In this document: one piece after another, positions 38,485-48,070 of the stretch
Layout of the letters: each line of letters opens with the position of its first letter
Position numbering within the stretch: position 1 is the first letter of the stretch
Source of the DNA: Ignavibacteria bacterium
GTDB taxonomy: Bacteria > Bacteroidota > Ignavibacteria > Kapaibacteriales > UBA2268
DNA length: 64,000 nucleotides
Reading direction: 5' to 3'
NCBI GenBank assembly: GCA_037445895.1
Contig: JBBIJO010000004.1
Coordinates: 79,839-143,838, forward strand
Made by a program: the position numbers and the translations under genes
The notes under the pieces: generated by a model
Told to the model about the DNA's origin: nothing
Databases searched by the model: none
What the model saw: only the letters and a program-made list of their open reading frames with translations

Positions 38485-39804
38485 TCAGTATTCGGGCGTA
38501 TAGCCCATATTCGATATCCAGTTTCGAACTTTGTGTGCAATGTGGTCGTTCTTTTGGTGAAGGCGAAGGAATTGGTTCAAGTCATCCGCCGCATAGGAAT
38601 ATAAATTATCGGCACGATAAGCGATTGCTCGATTTAAATATGCAATTGTGCTGTGTGAATTGCATTCCAATGCTCGCGAAAAATCTTCGATTGCTTTTTT
38701 ATAATATTTCATTTTCATATAAACATTGCCTCGGGCAATATAGGCATTGTAGAAATCGGGTTTCAAGGTAATTGATTTAGTGAAATCTTTTAGTGCGTTG
38801 CGATATTGTTCGAGTGCGAAGTGGGCATTCCCGCGGCCATAGTAAGCAACGGAATAGCTCGGGTCGATAGTGAGAGCTTTGTCGTAGTCGATAATTGCCT
38901 CGATATAATTTTTTGCACCTAAATTAGCATTTCCCCGATTGAAATAGACTGCCGATGCGAGAGGATTTATTTTGGCGGCTTTATCGAAGAATTCAACTGC
39001 CTTTGCATAGTTTTTCAATCCAATATGGGCAATCCCGATGTTGTTGTAGGCATCGGCAAAATTTGGTTTCAACCTCAATACGCGTTCGAAGTCTTCGAGT
39101 GCAAGTTCATATTGCTTCAACTGGTTAAAGCAGTAGCCACGATAATTATATGGTAGGTAGTTTTCGTCGTCGATTGCTATTGCAATTGTAAAATCGGTAA
39201 TTGCTTCCTTATAACGTCGAAGATTTAAGTTGGCAACCCCACGGGAGATGAAGACTTTTGGCTCGGAGGGTTCGAGTTCTATTGCTTTGTCGTAGTTGGC
39301 AATAGCTTCGTCCAATTGTTTCAATTGAAAAAGGCAATTTGCCCGATACATATAGGAAAGTGCATGGGTCGGATTCAATTCAATTGATTTCGAGAAATCC
39401 TCGACTGCCTCGTTGTATCTGCGTAATAAATAGAAGCAAAAACCTCGACGATAGAAAGCAAGCGGGAAGTTACGATTGATTTCAACGGCACTTGTGAAAT
39501 CCATAATGGCATCTTTAATTCGGCGAAGTTCAAGGTAGCAAAGCCCTTTCTTGAAGTAAGCAAACGAAAATGATGGGTCGAGCGAGATTGTATTCATAAA
39601 ATAATGTATTGCTTCCTCGTATCTTTTCAAAGCAAAAAGAGTATTACCAGTTTTGAAATATGCAAAAGGCGAGCGTGAATTTTCTTCGACTGCGTTCATA
39701 TAGTATTGTAGGGCTTCTTCGAAATTGTTTGAATTGAAGGCGTTGTCGCCGAATTCAATCCATTCCTCTGCTGTCCTTTGAATAACTGATGGTCTTTTTT
39801 CCAT
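38485..39804 (-). CDS. TPR-repeat protein (11 or more tetratricopeptide repeats)
   Basis: Regular 34-aa repeats with AxxxYxxAIxxDP consensus throughout 439 aa. Confidence 0.8.
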   Translation of the reverse strand: MEKRPSVIQRTAEEWIEFGDNAFNSNNFEEALQYYMNAVEENSRSPFAYFKTGNTLFALKRYEEAIHYFMNTISLDPSFSFAYFKKGLCYLELRRIKDAIMDFTSAVEINRNFPLAFYRRGFCFYLLRRYNEAVEDFSKSIELNPTHALSYMYRANCLFQLKQLDEAIANYDKAIELEPSEPKVFISRGVANLNLRRYKEAITDFTIAIAIDDENYLPYNYRGYCFNQLKQYELALEDFERVLRLKPNFADAYNNIGIAHIGLKNYAKAVEFFDKAAKINPLASAVYFNRGNANLGAKNYIEAIIDYDKALTIDPSYSVAYYGRGNAHFALEQYRNALKDFTKSITLKPDFYNAYIARGNVYMKMKYYKKAIEDFSRALECNSHSTIAYLNRAIAYRADNLYSYAADDLNQFLRLHQKNDHIAHKVRNWISNMGYTPEY

Positions 39805-39898
39805 TTGTGTTCTGTAAAATATTTAATTTCAGACTTCGTTGTATGTTTTTTCTCAATTAAGCAAATTAATAAACAATTTTTAATAATAATTTAATAGA

Positions 39899-40231
39899 AT
39901 GCTAAAATTTTTGCGGTTATCGCTTTTAACCGACGATTTATTTAAACGATTCGTCGAAAAAGAGTTAAATCTTAACGACCAACTTGCAGCAATACGTTCG
40001 ATTCTTGCGAGCGAGCGAACTTTTCTTGCTTACCAAAGAACTGCTCTTGCGACTTTGGCTGCGGGATTTACCCTAATTCAATTCTTTCAAAATTTTTGGA
40101 TTGAGATTGTAGGCTGGGTATTGGTTCCGATTGCTATTTTTACGCTTACATTTGGATTTATTCGCTATCGCAAAACTAGAAAATACATATTTCAGTTGGA
40201 AAAAGATTTCGCCCGCCACAACCACCATTAA
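39899..40231 (+). CDS. DUF202 (YidH-like) small membrane protein
   Basis: LASERTFLAYQRTALA motif followed by two TM helices; 110 aa. Confidence 0.6.
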   Translation: MLKFLRLSLLTDDLFKRFVEKELNLNDQLAAIRSILASERTFLAYQRTALATLAAGFTLIQFFQNFWIEIVGWVLVPIAIFTLTFGFIRYRKTRKYIFQLEKDFARHNHH

Positions 40232-40237
40232 ATCCAA

Positions 40238-40927
40238 TTACCAATTTTTTTCAACTTTGCGTTCGCTCCGAGGAAGCACCTTGGCTTTTACTTCTTTTTG
40301 TGTTTTCTTCTCTTCGTTCCGCAGTGCGTTTAAAATATTTTCTATGTTTTGTTGGGAGATTTTTTGTTCTCTGGGTTGGTCTTGGCGGTTTTGTTGTTGT
40401 TCTTGTTGGGGTTGGTTTTGTTGTGTTTGCTGTTTTTGTTGTTCTTTCTGTTGCTTTGAATCTTGATTTTGATTTTGCTGTTGTTTTTGCTGTTCTTGAA
40501 CGGCAAGCATTCGGCGAGCAAATTCAAGGTTGTATTTAGCGTCGTAATCTTTGGGGTTTAGCTTCAACGCCTTTTTGTAGTAATCGATGCTTTCTTTGTA
40601 TTGTTTATTTTTCAGGTAAGAATTTCCAAGGTTGTAGTAGGAATCGGCTTGGAGTTTCGAGTCGTTTGTCCTTTGTGTTGTTTCGGTATATTTTTGAATA
40701 GATTCGGAATATTTTCCTTGCTTATACAATGAATTCCCGAGATTGTAGATTCCTTCGCTTTTGTTTGTTTCTTGTTCGAGCGCTTTTCGATAAAGGACTT
40801 CGGCTTCATCGAATTTCCCCGATTTATACTTTGCATTGCCGTTGCGCAAAAGTTCCTTCGAGGATTGTCCGTAAGCAATAATTCCAACGAAGAAAAGAGC
40901 AGTTGCAAAAGCCAATAAGTTCCTCAT
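40238..40927 (-). CDS. TPR-repeat protein with Q/K-rich low-complexity tail (BatC-like)
   Basis: Signal peptide, three TPR units, then QQKQQQNQNQDSKQQKEQQKQQTQQNQPQQEQQQNRQDQ. Lies immediately downstream of batA with a 4-nt overlap. Confidence 0.55.
   Translation of the reverse strand: MRNLLAFATALFFVGIIAYGQSSKELLRNGNAKYKSGKFDEAEVLYRKALEQETNKSEGIYNLGNSLYKQGKYSESIQKYTETTQRTNDSKLQADSYYNLGNSYLKNKQYKESIDYYKKALKLNPKDYDAKYNLEFARRMLAVQEQQKQQQNQNQDSKQQKEQQKQQTQQNQPQQEQQQNRQDQPREQKISQQNIENILNALRNEEKKTQKEVKAKVLPRSERKVEKNW
40340..40500. repeat. Low-complexity (CAA/CAG/AAA-rich, poly-Q/K-coding) tract inside the BatC-like gene
   Basis: On the plus strand: runs of gttgtt/ttgctg/ttttg; on the coding strand this gives a glutamine/lysine-rich tract. 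Confidence 0.7.
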
Positions 40928-41970
40928 TTTGTAGTCCTGTTTTGAACGAACAAACTCAATTTCTCGAAATATTTGTTTTTCTTTTCGGTAACTAAAATTT
41001 CTAAGAAAAGCAAAAATATAGCAAAAGCAAGGGGATATTGAAATTGGGATTCGAAACTCGAAAAGATTTTTGCATCGTATTCCTTTTTTTCCATTTGTGC
41101 TATTTTTTCGACAATTTTTGAAAGCTCGGGGTCGACCCCACTATTCAAAATGAATTCGCCGCCGCCAGCACTTGCAATTTGCTCTAACATTACTGGATTG
41201 ACCTTTGTAGTAACCACAGAACCTTCGCCGTCTTTAAGGAAACCAACGTTTGCGCCATTCCTATAAATTGGGATTGGGCCACCAGTTACAGTTCCCATTC
41301 CAATAGTATGGATTACAAAGTTTTTGCTAACAGCAAGCCGAGCAGCAGCAAGCGCATCGTCTTCGTGGTTTTCGCCATCTGTGATAATAATTAAAACCTT
41401 TTTTCTTTGCTCATCGAAATTGAATTTGTCGGCAGCAAGTTCAATCGCTGAACCAATTGCAGTGCCTTGTAATGGGATGATGTCGGTATCGACATAGCTT
41501 GTGAAAAGCTTTGCTGCTCCGTAGTCGGTTGTCAAAGGTAGCTGAATATATGATTCCCCAGCAAACACAATTAATCCAATGCGGTCGTTAACAAGCTTAT
41601 CTATCAGTTTGTAAATCATTTGTTTTGCACGCTCGAGCCGGTTTGGTTTGATATCTTCGGCTTTCATACTATTGGATATGTCGAGCGCAATAACGACATC
41701 GACACCTTGGCGTTTTGCTTGAACAAGTTTTGTCCCAAGCAAAGGATTTGCTAATGCAATAATCAATGCCGAAAGCGAAAGGAGAAGCAGAATGGTTTTA
41801 AAATAGGGTTTGTATTTCGAATAAGTTGGGAAAAGTTCTTCGACGAGCTCGGGATTGCCAAAGTTTCGAAGTATTTTTTCCCGACGAATTCGCATTAAGA
41901 AAAAAATTACGAAAATTGAAACTACAAGAAAAAATCCATAAAAATATTCGTTCGCTTCGAAATGCAACAT
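40924..41970 (-). CDS. batA: BatA-like aerotolerance protein (von Willebrand factor A domain membrane protein)
   Basis: Two N-terminal TM segments; vWA MIDAS motif VVIALDISNSM; about 350 aa, typical of BatA. Confidence 0.75.
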   Translation of the reverse strand: MLHFEANEYFYGFFLVVSIFVIFFLMRIRREKILRNFGNPELVEELFPTYSKYKPYFKTILLLLSLSALIIALANPLLGTKLVQAKRQGVDVVIALDISNSMKAEDIKPNRLERAKQMIYKLIDKLVNDRIGLIVFAGESYIQLPLTTDYGAAKLFTSYVDTDIIPLQGTAIGSAIELAADKFNFDEQRKKVLIIITDGENHEDDALAAARLAVSKNFVIHTIGMGTVTGGPIPIYRNGANVGFLKDGEGSVVTTKVNPVMLEQIASAGGGEFILNSGVDPELSKIVEKIAQMEKKEYDAKIFSSFESQFQYPLAFAIFLLFLEILVTEKKNKYFEKLSLFVQNRTTK

Positions 41971-42139
41971 CTTTGCAACCCAATTTTAAAGTTCTTTCGA
42001 CGAAGACGAAGCCTTCAAATTTTAATCGTAAAAATTATATAAAAATATTAATCCAATATTTTGTTAAATTAGCAATCTCTATTTGTAACTTTTTTGAAAT
42101 TAATATGTCTATTTATAATTTGTTTAAATTGGAGTTTTT

Positions 42140-44134
42140 ATGAAAAGATTTCTCACAATTTTTTGTTTAGTCGTTTTGATTCCAACAATTGGCTCGTTTG
42201 CCAAAGACTATCGGAACCTATTTTTATTAGGACAACAAGAACTGGTTCCCTCCCCTATCAAAGCCATCACAATCGAATCGATGCCGATTTTCGACAATTC
42301 GAAGCCAACCAACGACGACCCACTTGTTACTTACAGAACAATTGCTACTGTTGGTGCTGGACAGTTTTCGTTATTCGGGTTGATTACACCCGTTGTTTAT
42401 GAACCAATAACGAAATCAATTTGGTTGGCTCTATCCAATTTCACGAGCGCTGGTACCAACGATCTGAGAGGTATGATTAATCTTTATATATCGACTAATG
42501 ATGGAACGAGTTGGCAACCAAGACAAATATACAATACATTGAACGATGTTCCTGTTCTTTCGTCTTTGGGTGTTTGGAACCCGAATAATTCGACCGACAT
42601 AAATTCCCTTTCCTTTTTTGTTTATTCTCCTTTTGCGAGGAAAAATATATCGGGCGATTTTCCTTGGGCTGGTGGGCTCTATACAATCTACACCGATGGA
42701 ACCACATATAACGTCGATTTCCTTTATCCTGGGAATGCCTCGGGATATTCTTGGTCAACGAGCAAGGTTGTTTCGCATACTACTACTGATGGTAGCTACG
42801 CTTATAATGTAGGTATACTGCGAAATTCGCAAACAACCCAATACGGAGCTTATGGACTTGCCTCGTTTAGTTTGAGTAGCTTCGATTTTCTTTATCAAGG
42901 AATTCCGCCACAATGGGGAGTCGGAAAATTCAAGCAATCCGGCAACTTAAATTCTACTTACAACTCGGGTATGTTGATAGATGTTGATAATAATGGGGCT
43001 GTTTATGTTGCCGTTTCAAATTTTTTCTTTCCGAACGAGGATGCAAACGAGCGGGTTCCTGGCGTTTCGAAATCCACTGACTACGGTCAAAGTTGGAGCG
43101 AGTTCGAGCCAATGCCGGTTAGTGTATTAAGCGACTATGTTCAAAGCTATGGTGGCATTATCGATGTTGGCGGACAAAAGGTTGGACTCATTTGGGCACC
43201 TTATCATCCCAATGCTTTCGTTGTTACGGGTCCCGATGAGTATAGTTTCTTTACAAGAGTGGTTATATGGCAATCGCAAGACAGTATTCTTGCCTTTCAT
43301 ATTGTAGAAATGCAGAAACAATATGGGATTTGGACGGTTCGCAAAGTAGCAGACTTCAACGGCACCCCATTGGTGATAATGAACGATTCTCTCGGAGGGT
43401 CTCTTGATTCATTAAAATTTAGGCATTCGGATATGGGACAAGAACTCCAAGCGGCGAAAACGGCGGACGGGCGTTATCTCGTCGTAAAGTGGATTGATTA
43501 TGTTAATCAACAAGTTGTATTTAATCCTCCGTTTACCATTAGTGGGGGTCAAAGATTTGATAATTTATTTACCACCGACGTTTTCTTTTCGTATCGAGAT
43601 GTGTCGAACTATAATTGGAATGAACCTATAAATGCAACAAGCGATACCATTTATAACAAAGTAACATGGATACCCAGTTTGCTACCTTCGATTGAAAAAA
43701 TACCTTTGATTCAGTCATTTACTCGGCAAATGAATTATAGTGATGTAACACACCCACGTAACTCATACCCACGCTTTATTCAGCAGATGGTTGTGGATTA
43801 TGCTCAGGATGTTGTTTTTTCTCTTGTCAATTTGTCGCCGAATTCTGTTGAGCAGGAAGCTGGAACAACATTCTCTTTTGAGCTTAAAGATGTTGTTCCG
43901 AACCCTGTCCCCGATTACGTAGATATTCGTTTTGTTTTGAATACACCAACGAACCTAACACTTGAAGTTTTCGATGTTTTGGGTAACAGAGTTGCTAAGT
44001 TATTCGAAGGATATGCCACCGAAGGTCCACACGCTGTTGCATTTAATACGCTAAAGCTTGCCGATGGTGTTTACTATTGCAAATTAACTGCCGAAGGCAA
44101 AACACAAACAAAATTGCTTAATGTAATCCATTGA
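42140..44134 (+). CDS. Secreted BNR-like repeat protein with T9SS C-terminal sorting domain
   Basis: Signal peptide; BNR-like motifs (STNDGTSW, STDYGQSW). The C-terminus reads DVVPNPVPDYVDIRF...LEVFDVLGNRV...GVYYCKLTAEGKTQTKLLNVIH, a T9SS tail. Shine-Dalgarno GGAG upstream. Confidence 0.6.
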   Translation: MKRFLTIFCLVVLIPTIGSFAKDYRNLFLLGQQELVPSPIKAITIESMPIFDNSKPTNDDPLVTYRTIATVGAGQFSLFGLITPVVYEPITKSIWLALSNFTSAGTNDLRGMINLYISTNDGTSWQPRQIYNTLNDVPVLSSLGVWNPNNSTDINSLSFFVYSPFARKNISGDFPWAGGLYTIYTDGTTYNVDFLYPGNASGYSWSTSKVVSHTTTDGSYAYNVGILRNSQTTQYGAYGLASFSLSSFDFLYQGIPPQWGVGKFKQSGNLNSTYNSGMLIDVDNNGAVYVAVSNFFFPNEDANERVPGVSKSTDYGQSWSEFEPMPVSVLSDYVQSYGGIIDVGGQKVGLIWAPYHPNAFVVTGPDEYSFFTRVVIWQSQDSILAFHIVEMQKQYGIWTVRKVADFNGTPLVIMNDSLGGSLDSLKFRHSDMGQELQAAKTADGRYLVVKWIDYVNQQVVFNPPFTISGGQRFDNLFTTDVFFSYRDVSNYNWNEPINATSDTIYNKVTWIPSLLPSIEKIPLIQSFTRQMNYSDVTHPRNSYPRFIQQMVVDYAQDVVFSLVNLSPNSVEQEAGTTFSFELKDVVPNPVPDYVDIRFVLNTPTNLTLEVFDVLGNRVAKLFEGYATEGPHAVAFNTLKLADGVYYCKLTAEGKTQTKLLNVIH

Positions 44135-44157
44135 CGGCGTTTTCATTTGCATATAAA

Positions 44158-44188
44158 AAGCCCTCTCTTCGACCGAGAGGGTTTTTTC
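44158..44188 (+). terminator. Rho-independent terminator
   Basis: ccctctc-(ttcgacc)-gagaggg followed by TTTTTT. Confidence 0.7.
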
Positions 44189-44305
44189 TTTAATATTTTT
44201 GTATTGACTCGGTGGCTTCAATTCTACGTTATTGGGATATGGTATAAGTTCCTAACATAATTTTGATTATTTTTGCTGTTTGGAAAAATACTTTTGGTGA
44301 ATGTA

Positions 44306-45292
44306 ATGGATATTTCAACAACATATTTAGGTTTTAAACTTGCTAACCCGATAATAATTGGTAGTTCGGGTTATACATATTCGGTTAAGGACATCAGGAA
44401 TCTTGTTGAAAATGGAGCTTCGGCAATTGTTTTGAAATCTTTGTTCGAAGAAGAAATACTTTGGGAAATTGAATCGAACATCGCTCAAATGCACCGTCCG
44501 ATGACTATTTACCCCGAAATCTACGACTTTTTCAATCTCGAAACCCTCGAAGATAGCGTTTCGAAGTATTTAAGCCTGATTGAAGAATCGAAGAAAGCAG
44601 TAGATGTTCCGATTATTGCTAGTATCAATTGTATTAGTGCAAGCGAATGGGTCCCCTTTTCCAGGAAAATTGCATTGGCTGGTGCCGATGCCCTTGAGTT
44701 AAATATTTTCATTATGCCATCGGATTTAGACCGAACAAGCCAAGAGAACGAAAAAACCTATTTCGAAGTAATAGACGCTGTTTTGAAAGAAGTAACTATT
44801 CCAGTTTCAGTTAAAATTAGTTATTTCTTTTCCAATCTTGCTGCAATGATTAAGAAAGTTTCCGAAACTGGCATAAAAGGAATCGTTCTTTTCAATCGTT
44901 TCTTTAACCCTGACTTCGATTTAGATACGCTTTCGGTTATTCCGTCAAATGTTTTAAGTAGCCCAACCGATTTGGGTATTACCCTACGTTGGGTTTCTAT
45001 AATGAGCGGAAGAGTTAGTTGCGATATTGCTGCTTCGACTGGTATCCACGATGGGAAAGCTGTAATCAAGCAATTACTAGCCGGGGCGAAAGCCGTCGAA
45101 ATTGCTTCGGCAATTTATCGCAAAGGACCTAAAGTCATCGGCGAGATGATTCAAGAAATTCAAGATTGGATGACGGAAAAATGTTATGAATCTATTGATG
45201 AATTTCGTGGAAAACTTAGCCAGGCAAAAAGTTTGAATCCCGCTATCTACGAGAGGTCACAATTTATGAGGTATTTTAGCGAAAAGTTTTAA
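44306..45292 (+). CDS. Dihydroorotate dehydrogenase-family TIM-barrel flavoprotein (DHOD/DHPD-like, atypical)
   Basis: The N-terminus MDISTTYLGFKLANPIIIGSSG matches the DHOD substrate-entry motif. A class-1 DHOD NxSCPN catalytic-Cys motif was not found. A C-terminal extension is present. Shine-Dalgarno GGTGA before ATG 44306. Confidence 0.45.
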   Translation: MDISTTYLGFKLANPIIIGSSGYTYSVKDIRNLVENGASAIVLKSLFEEEILWEIESNIAQMHRPMTIYPEIYDFFNLETLEDSVSKYLSLIEESKKAVDVPIIASINCISASEWVPFSRKIALAGADALELNIFIMPSDLDRTSQENEKTYFEVIDAVLKEVTIPVSVKISYFFSNLAAMIKKVSETGIKGIVLFNRFFNPDFDLDTLSVIPSNVLSSPTDLGITLRWVSIMSGRVSCDIAASTGIHDGKAVIKQLLAGAKAVEIASAIYRKGPKVIGEMIQEIQDWMTEKCYESIDEFRGKLSQAKSLNPAIYERSQFMRYFSEKF

Positions 45293-45307
45293 CAATTTAT
45301 TACTAAT

Positions 45308-46282
45308 TTGAAAACTATCAACGAAATAATAAAACCAATAGAGCAAGAGCTTCGAGTGTTCGAAAATAATTTCCGCTCTATTTTAAAGAGCAATATTATA
45401 CTCCTCGATACTGTGGTTTCTTATTTGGTAAATCGAAAGGGCAAGCGAATACGCCCAGTTTTGACATTTCTTTCTGCTGGATTGGTTGGAGAAATAAATT
45501 CCCGAACCCATATCGGAGCAGCTATGGTTGAACTTCTCCATACAGCAACTTTGATACACGACGATGTTGTTGACGAAGCAATGGAGCGTCGCGGTTTTGC
45601 TTCAATTAATGCAAAATGGAATAATAAAATTGCGGTTCTTGTTGGCGATTTTCTTTTAGCAAAAGGGCTATTGATTGCTATTGACAACGGAGAAACCGAC
45701 TTCTTAGATGTGCTTTCCGAATCTGTTCGGCTGATGAGTGAAGGTGAATTACTCCAGATTCAAACAAGCCGAGAGGAGGAAACCGATGAATCCCGCTATT
45801 TCGAAATCATTTATGGCAAAACCGCATCGCTTGTTTCAGCTTGCTGCGAAATTGGAGTGCTGAGTGTTTCATCCGATATAACTATTCGCAATACGATGAA
45901 GGAATTTGGCCGTTTGGTTGGTCTTGCTTTTCAAATTCGCGACGACATAATTGATTATATAGGGAAATCAAGCATCGTCGGTAAACCCATCGGTAATGAT
46001 ATCAAAGAAAGGAAAATTACGCTCCCTTTGATTTATGCATTGAGTAATGCTCCCTCGGACGAAGCAAAAAAAATTGTAAAACAGGTAAAATCAAAAAGCA
46101 AACGAAAAGACATCCAACGAATTGTTGAGTTTGTTATTGCCAATAACGGAGTAATTTTAGCCGAAATGAAGGCGAAAAAATTAATTGAAAAAGCTAAACA
46201 ACTTCTCGGTAATTTCGAGGATAGTTATCCGAAAGAATCGCTGATGAAACTCGCCGATTTCGTCATCGAGCGCGAAAAATAA
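45308..46282 (+). CDS. ispB: Polyprenyl diphosphate synthase (IspB-like trans-prenyltransferase)
   Basis: First DDxxD motif LIHDDVVDEAMERRG; second motif FQIRDDIID; 324 aa. Confidence 0.85.
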   Translation: MKTINEIIKPIEQELRVFENNFRSILKSNIILLDTVVSYLVNRKGKRIRPVLTFLSAGLVGEINSRTHIGAAMVELLHTATLIHDDVVDEAMERRGFASINAKWNNKIAVLVGDFLLAKGLLIAIDNGETDFLDVLSESVRLMSEGELLQIQTSREEETDESRYFEIIYGKTASLVSACCEIGVLSVSSDITIRNTMKEFGRLVGLAFQIRDDIIDYIGKSSIVGKPIGNDIKERKITLPLIYALSNAPSDEAKKIVKQVKSKSKRKDIQRIVEFVIANNGVILAEMKAKKLIEKAKQLLGNFEDSYPKESLMKLADFVIEREK

Positions 46283-46487
46283 TGGCATTTCCAACAAATC
46301 CAATGGTAGCCTTTATATAAGTTGGTATTAACTGATTACGGCTTTCGAAAAATTCTATCGAGGCAATGCGCTTCTTTTCCTACTTTCCCAACGATTCAAT
46401 GATTGCTTAGAATTTTAAATTTATTATTGATTATTTAATCACTAATAATATTTTGGTTTTACTGTAAAAAATACTAATTTTGTAATT

Positions 46488-46503
46488 ATGGGCTCGAGCC
46501 CAT
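46488..46503. promoter_or_regulatory. Perfect 16-bp palindrome ATGGGCTCGAGCCCAT in the nusA leader (candidate operator or attenuator hairpin)
   Basis: Exact inverted repeat 32 nt upstream of the nusA start codon, followed by TTTCTG. It is GC-rich within an AT-rich spacer. Confidence 0.4.
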
Positions 46504-46534
46504 TTTCTGTAAATTTAGTAAAGGATAAATTTAG

Positions 46535-47857
46535 ATGGTTCGAAAGAAAAAAACAAAACATCAAGTGGATAAAAAACTCATAGTCGATGCTTTCCAAGAG
46601 ATGGCAAAGGCGAAAAATATCGACAAAGAAAGTTTACAAAAAATTCTCGAGGAAACCTTTGCCCTTATGGTTCGGAAAAAATATGGTCAAGATGCAAAGT
46701 TCGAGATTGTTTTGAATGTGGACAAAGGTGACATCGAAATTTACCTTATCAAACAAATAGTTGAACAAGTCGAAGACCCAATAACTGAAATTACTTTGGA
46801 AGAGGCTCGCCTTTACGATAGCGATTATGAATTGGGCGATGAATATATCGAAGAAATCAACTTCGAGAATATTTACGATAGTTTTGGACGCCGCATCGTT
46901 GCTGTTGCAGCACAAACTTTGAACCAGAAGATTCGAGAAGTCGAGAAAGAAAAGATATACAACGAATACAAACCGCGCGAAGGCGAGGTAATTGTTGGCG
47001 AAGTTTACCAAGTGCGTCGCAACGATATTCTTGTTATGCATAATAAAGTCGAAATGCGGCTCCCTCGCGAAGAACAAATACCGAATGAACCCTATAAATT
47101 CAAAAAGAACCAAACGATGAAGGCAATAATCAAGGAGGTTAGGAAAACCGGGGGAGGAATACCCGATATTATACTTTCCAGAACATCGGACGATTTCCTT
47201 GCTCGCTTGTTCGAGATAGAAATTCCGGAAGTTTACGATGGGATAATTCAAATAAAAGGAATTGCTCGCGACCCCGGGGAAAGAAGCAAAGTTACAGTGC
47301 AATCAATAGACCCACGAGTCGACCCGGTAGGAGCTTGTGTGGGAATGAAAGGAGTACGTATTCATTCGATTGTCCGTGAGTTGAATAATGAAAATATTGA
47401 CTTAATTGAATACTCCGAAGATCCAAAAGTATTTATTGCGCGTGCACTTGCACCAGCAATAGTAAAGGATGTTCAAATCGAACCCGATATCCGTCACGCA
47501 ACTGTGATTGTTGCCGACGACCAAGTCCCCTATGCAATAGGGAAAAATGGGCAAAATGTTCGTTTGGCAATGAAATTGACCGGTTTCTCAATCACACTTG
47601 TCAAAGAAAGTGGCGAAGACATCGAACTGAGCGAATTCAAGGAAGAACTTGGAGCCCAAGTTTACAAAGAGTTAGTGGATTTAGGTATCCAAACTGCTCG
47701 TGAATTTCTTAGTGCCGACCCCGAAAAACTGTTCTCAATCCATGGGATGACTCGCGATACCCTACTCGAACTTCGTCAAATAATGTTAAAAGAATTTGAA
47801 GAGGAAGAAAAACCCGAAGATATCGAGAAGATTAACGAAGCTTGGAACAAAAAGTAG
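46535..47857 (+). CDS. nusA: Transcription termination/antitermination factor NusA
   Basis: NusA N-domain, S1-like and tandem KH domains (RDPGERSKVTVQSIDPRVDPVGACVGMKGVRIHSIVRELNNENID). The C-terminal acidic tail is short. Confidence 0.9.
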   Translation: MVRKKKTKHQVDKKLIVDAFQEMAKAKNIDKESLQKILEETFALMVRKKYGQDAKFEIVLNVDKGDIEIYLIKQIVEQVEDPITEITLEEARLYDSDYELGDEYIEEINFENIYDSFGRRIVAVAAQTLNQKIREVEKEKIYNEYKPREGEVIVGEVYQVRRNDILVMHNKVEMRLPREEQIPNEPYKFKKNQTMKAIIKEVRKTGGGIPDIILSRTSDDFLARLFEIEIPEVYDGIIQIKGIARDPGERSKVTVQSIDPRVDPVGACVGMKGVRIHSIVRELNNENIDLIEYSEDPKVFIARALAPAIVKDVQIEPDIRHATVIVADDQVPYAIGKNGQNVRLAMKLTGFSITLVKESGEDIELSEFKEELGAQVYKELVDLGIQTAREFLSADPEKLFSIHGMTRDTLLELRQIMLKEFEEEEKPEDIEKINEAWNKK

Positions 47858-48070
47858 TCGAAATAAATCATTTTAAATAAAACAATTTATAAATATATGC
47901 GTTTTATTGGCAGTATGGAACAGGAAATGAGAATGGTATGTTGAAATGTAGATTTTTTATATAAAAAGGGCTACAACCAACTCGCAAGTCCGATAAATAA
48001 TTGATTCATCGTTATTTTTGTTGTTAATATTGTAATTTTGTATTGTATTATAGGGATTTTTAAAAATAAG

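Noticed and set aside
40340-40500. Periodic-looking short repeats that could suggest a CRISPR or tandem-repeat array
   Set aside because: The repeats are irregular simple-sequence (CAA/CAG/AAA) tracts lying inside a continuous ORF and encoding a poly-Q/K tail. There are no unique spacers or fixed-length repeat units. No CRISPR array was found anywhere in the window.
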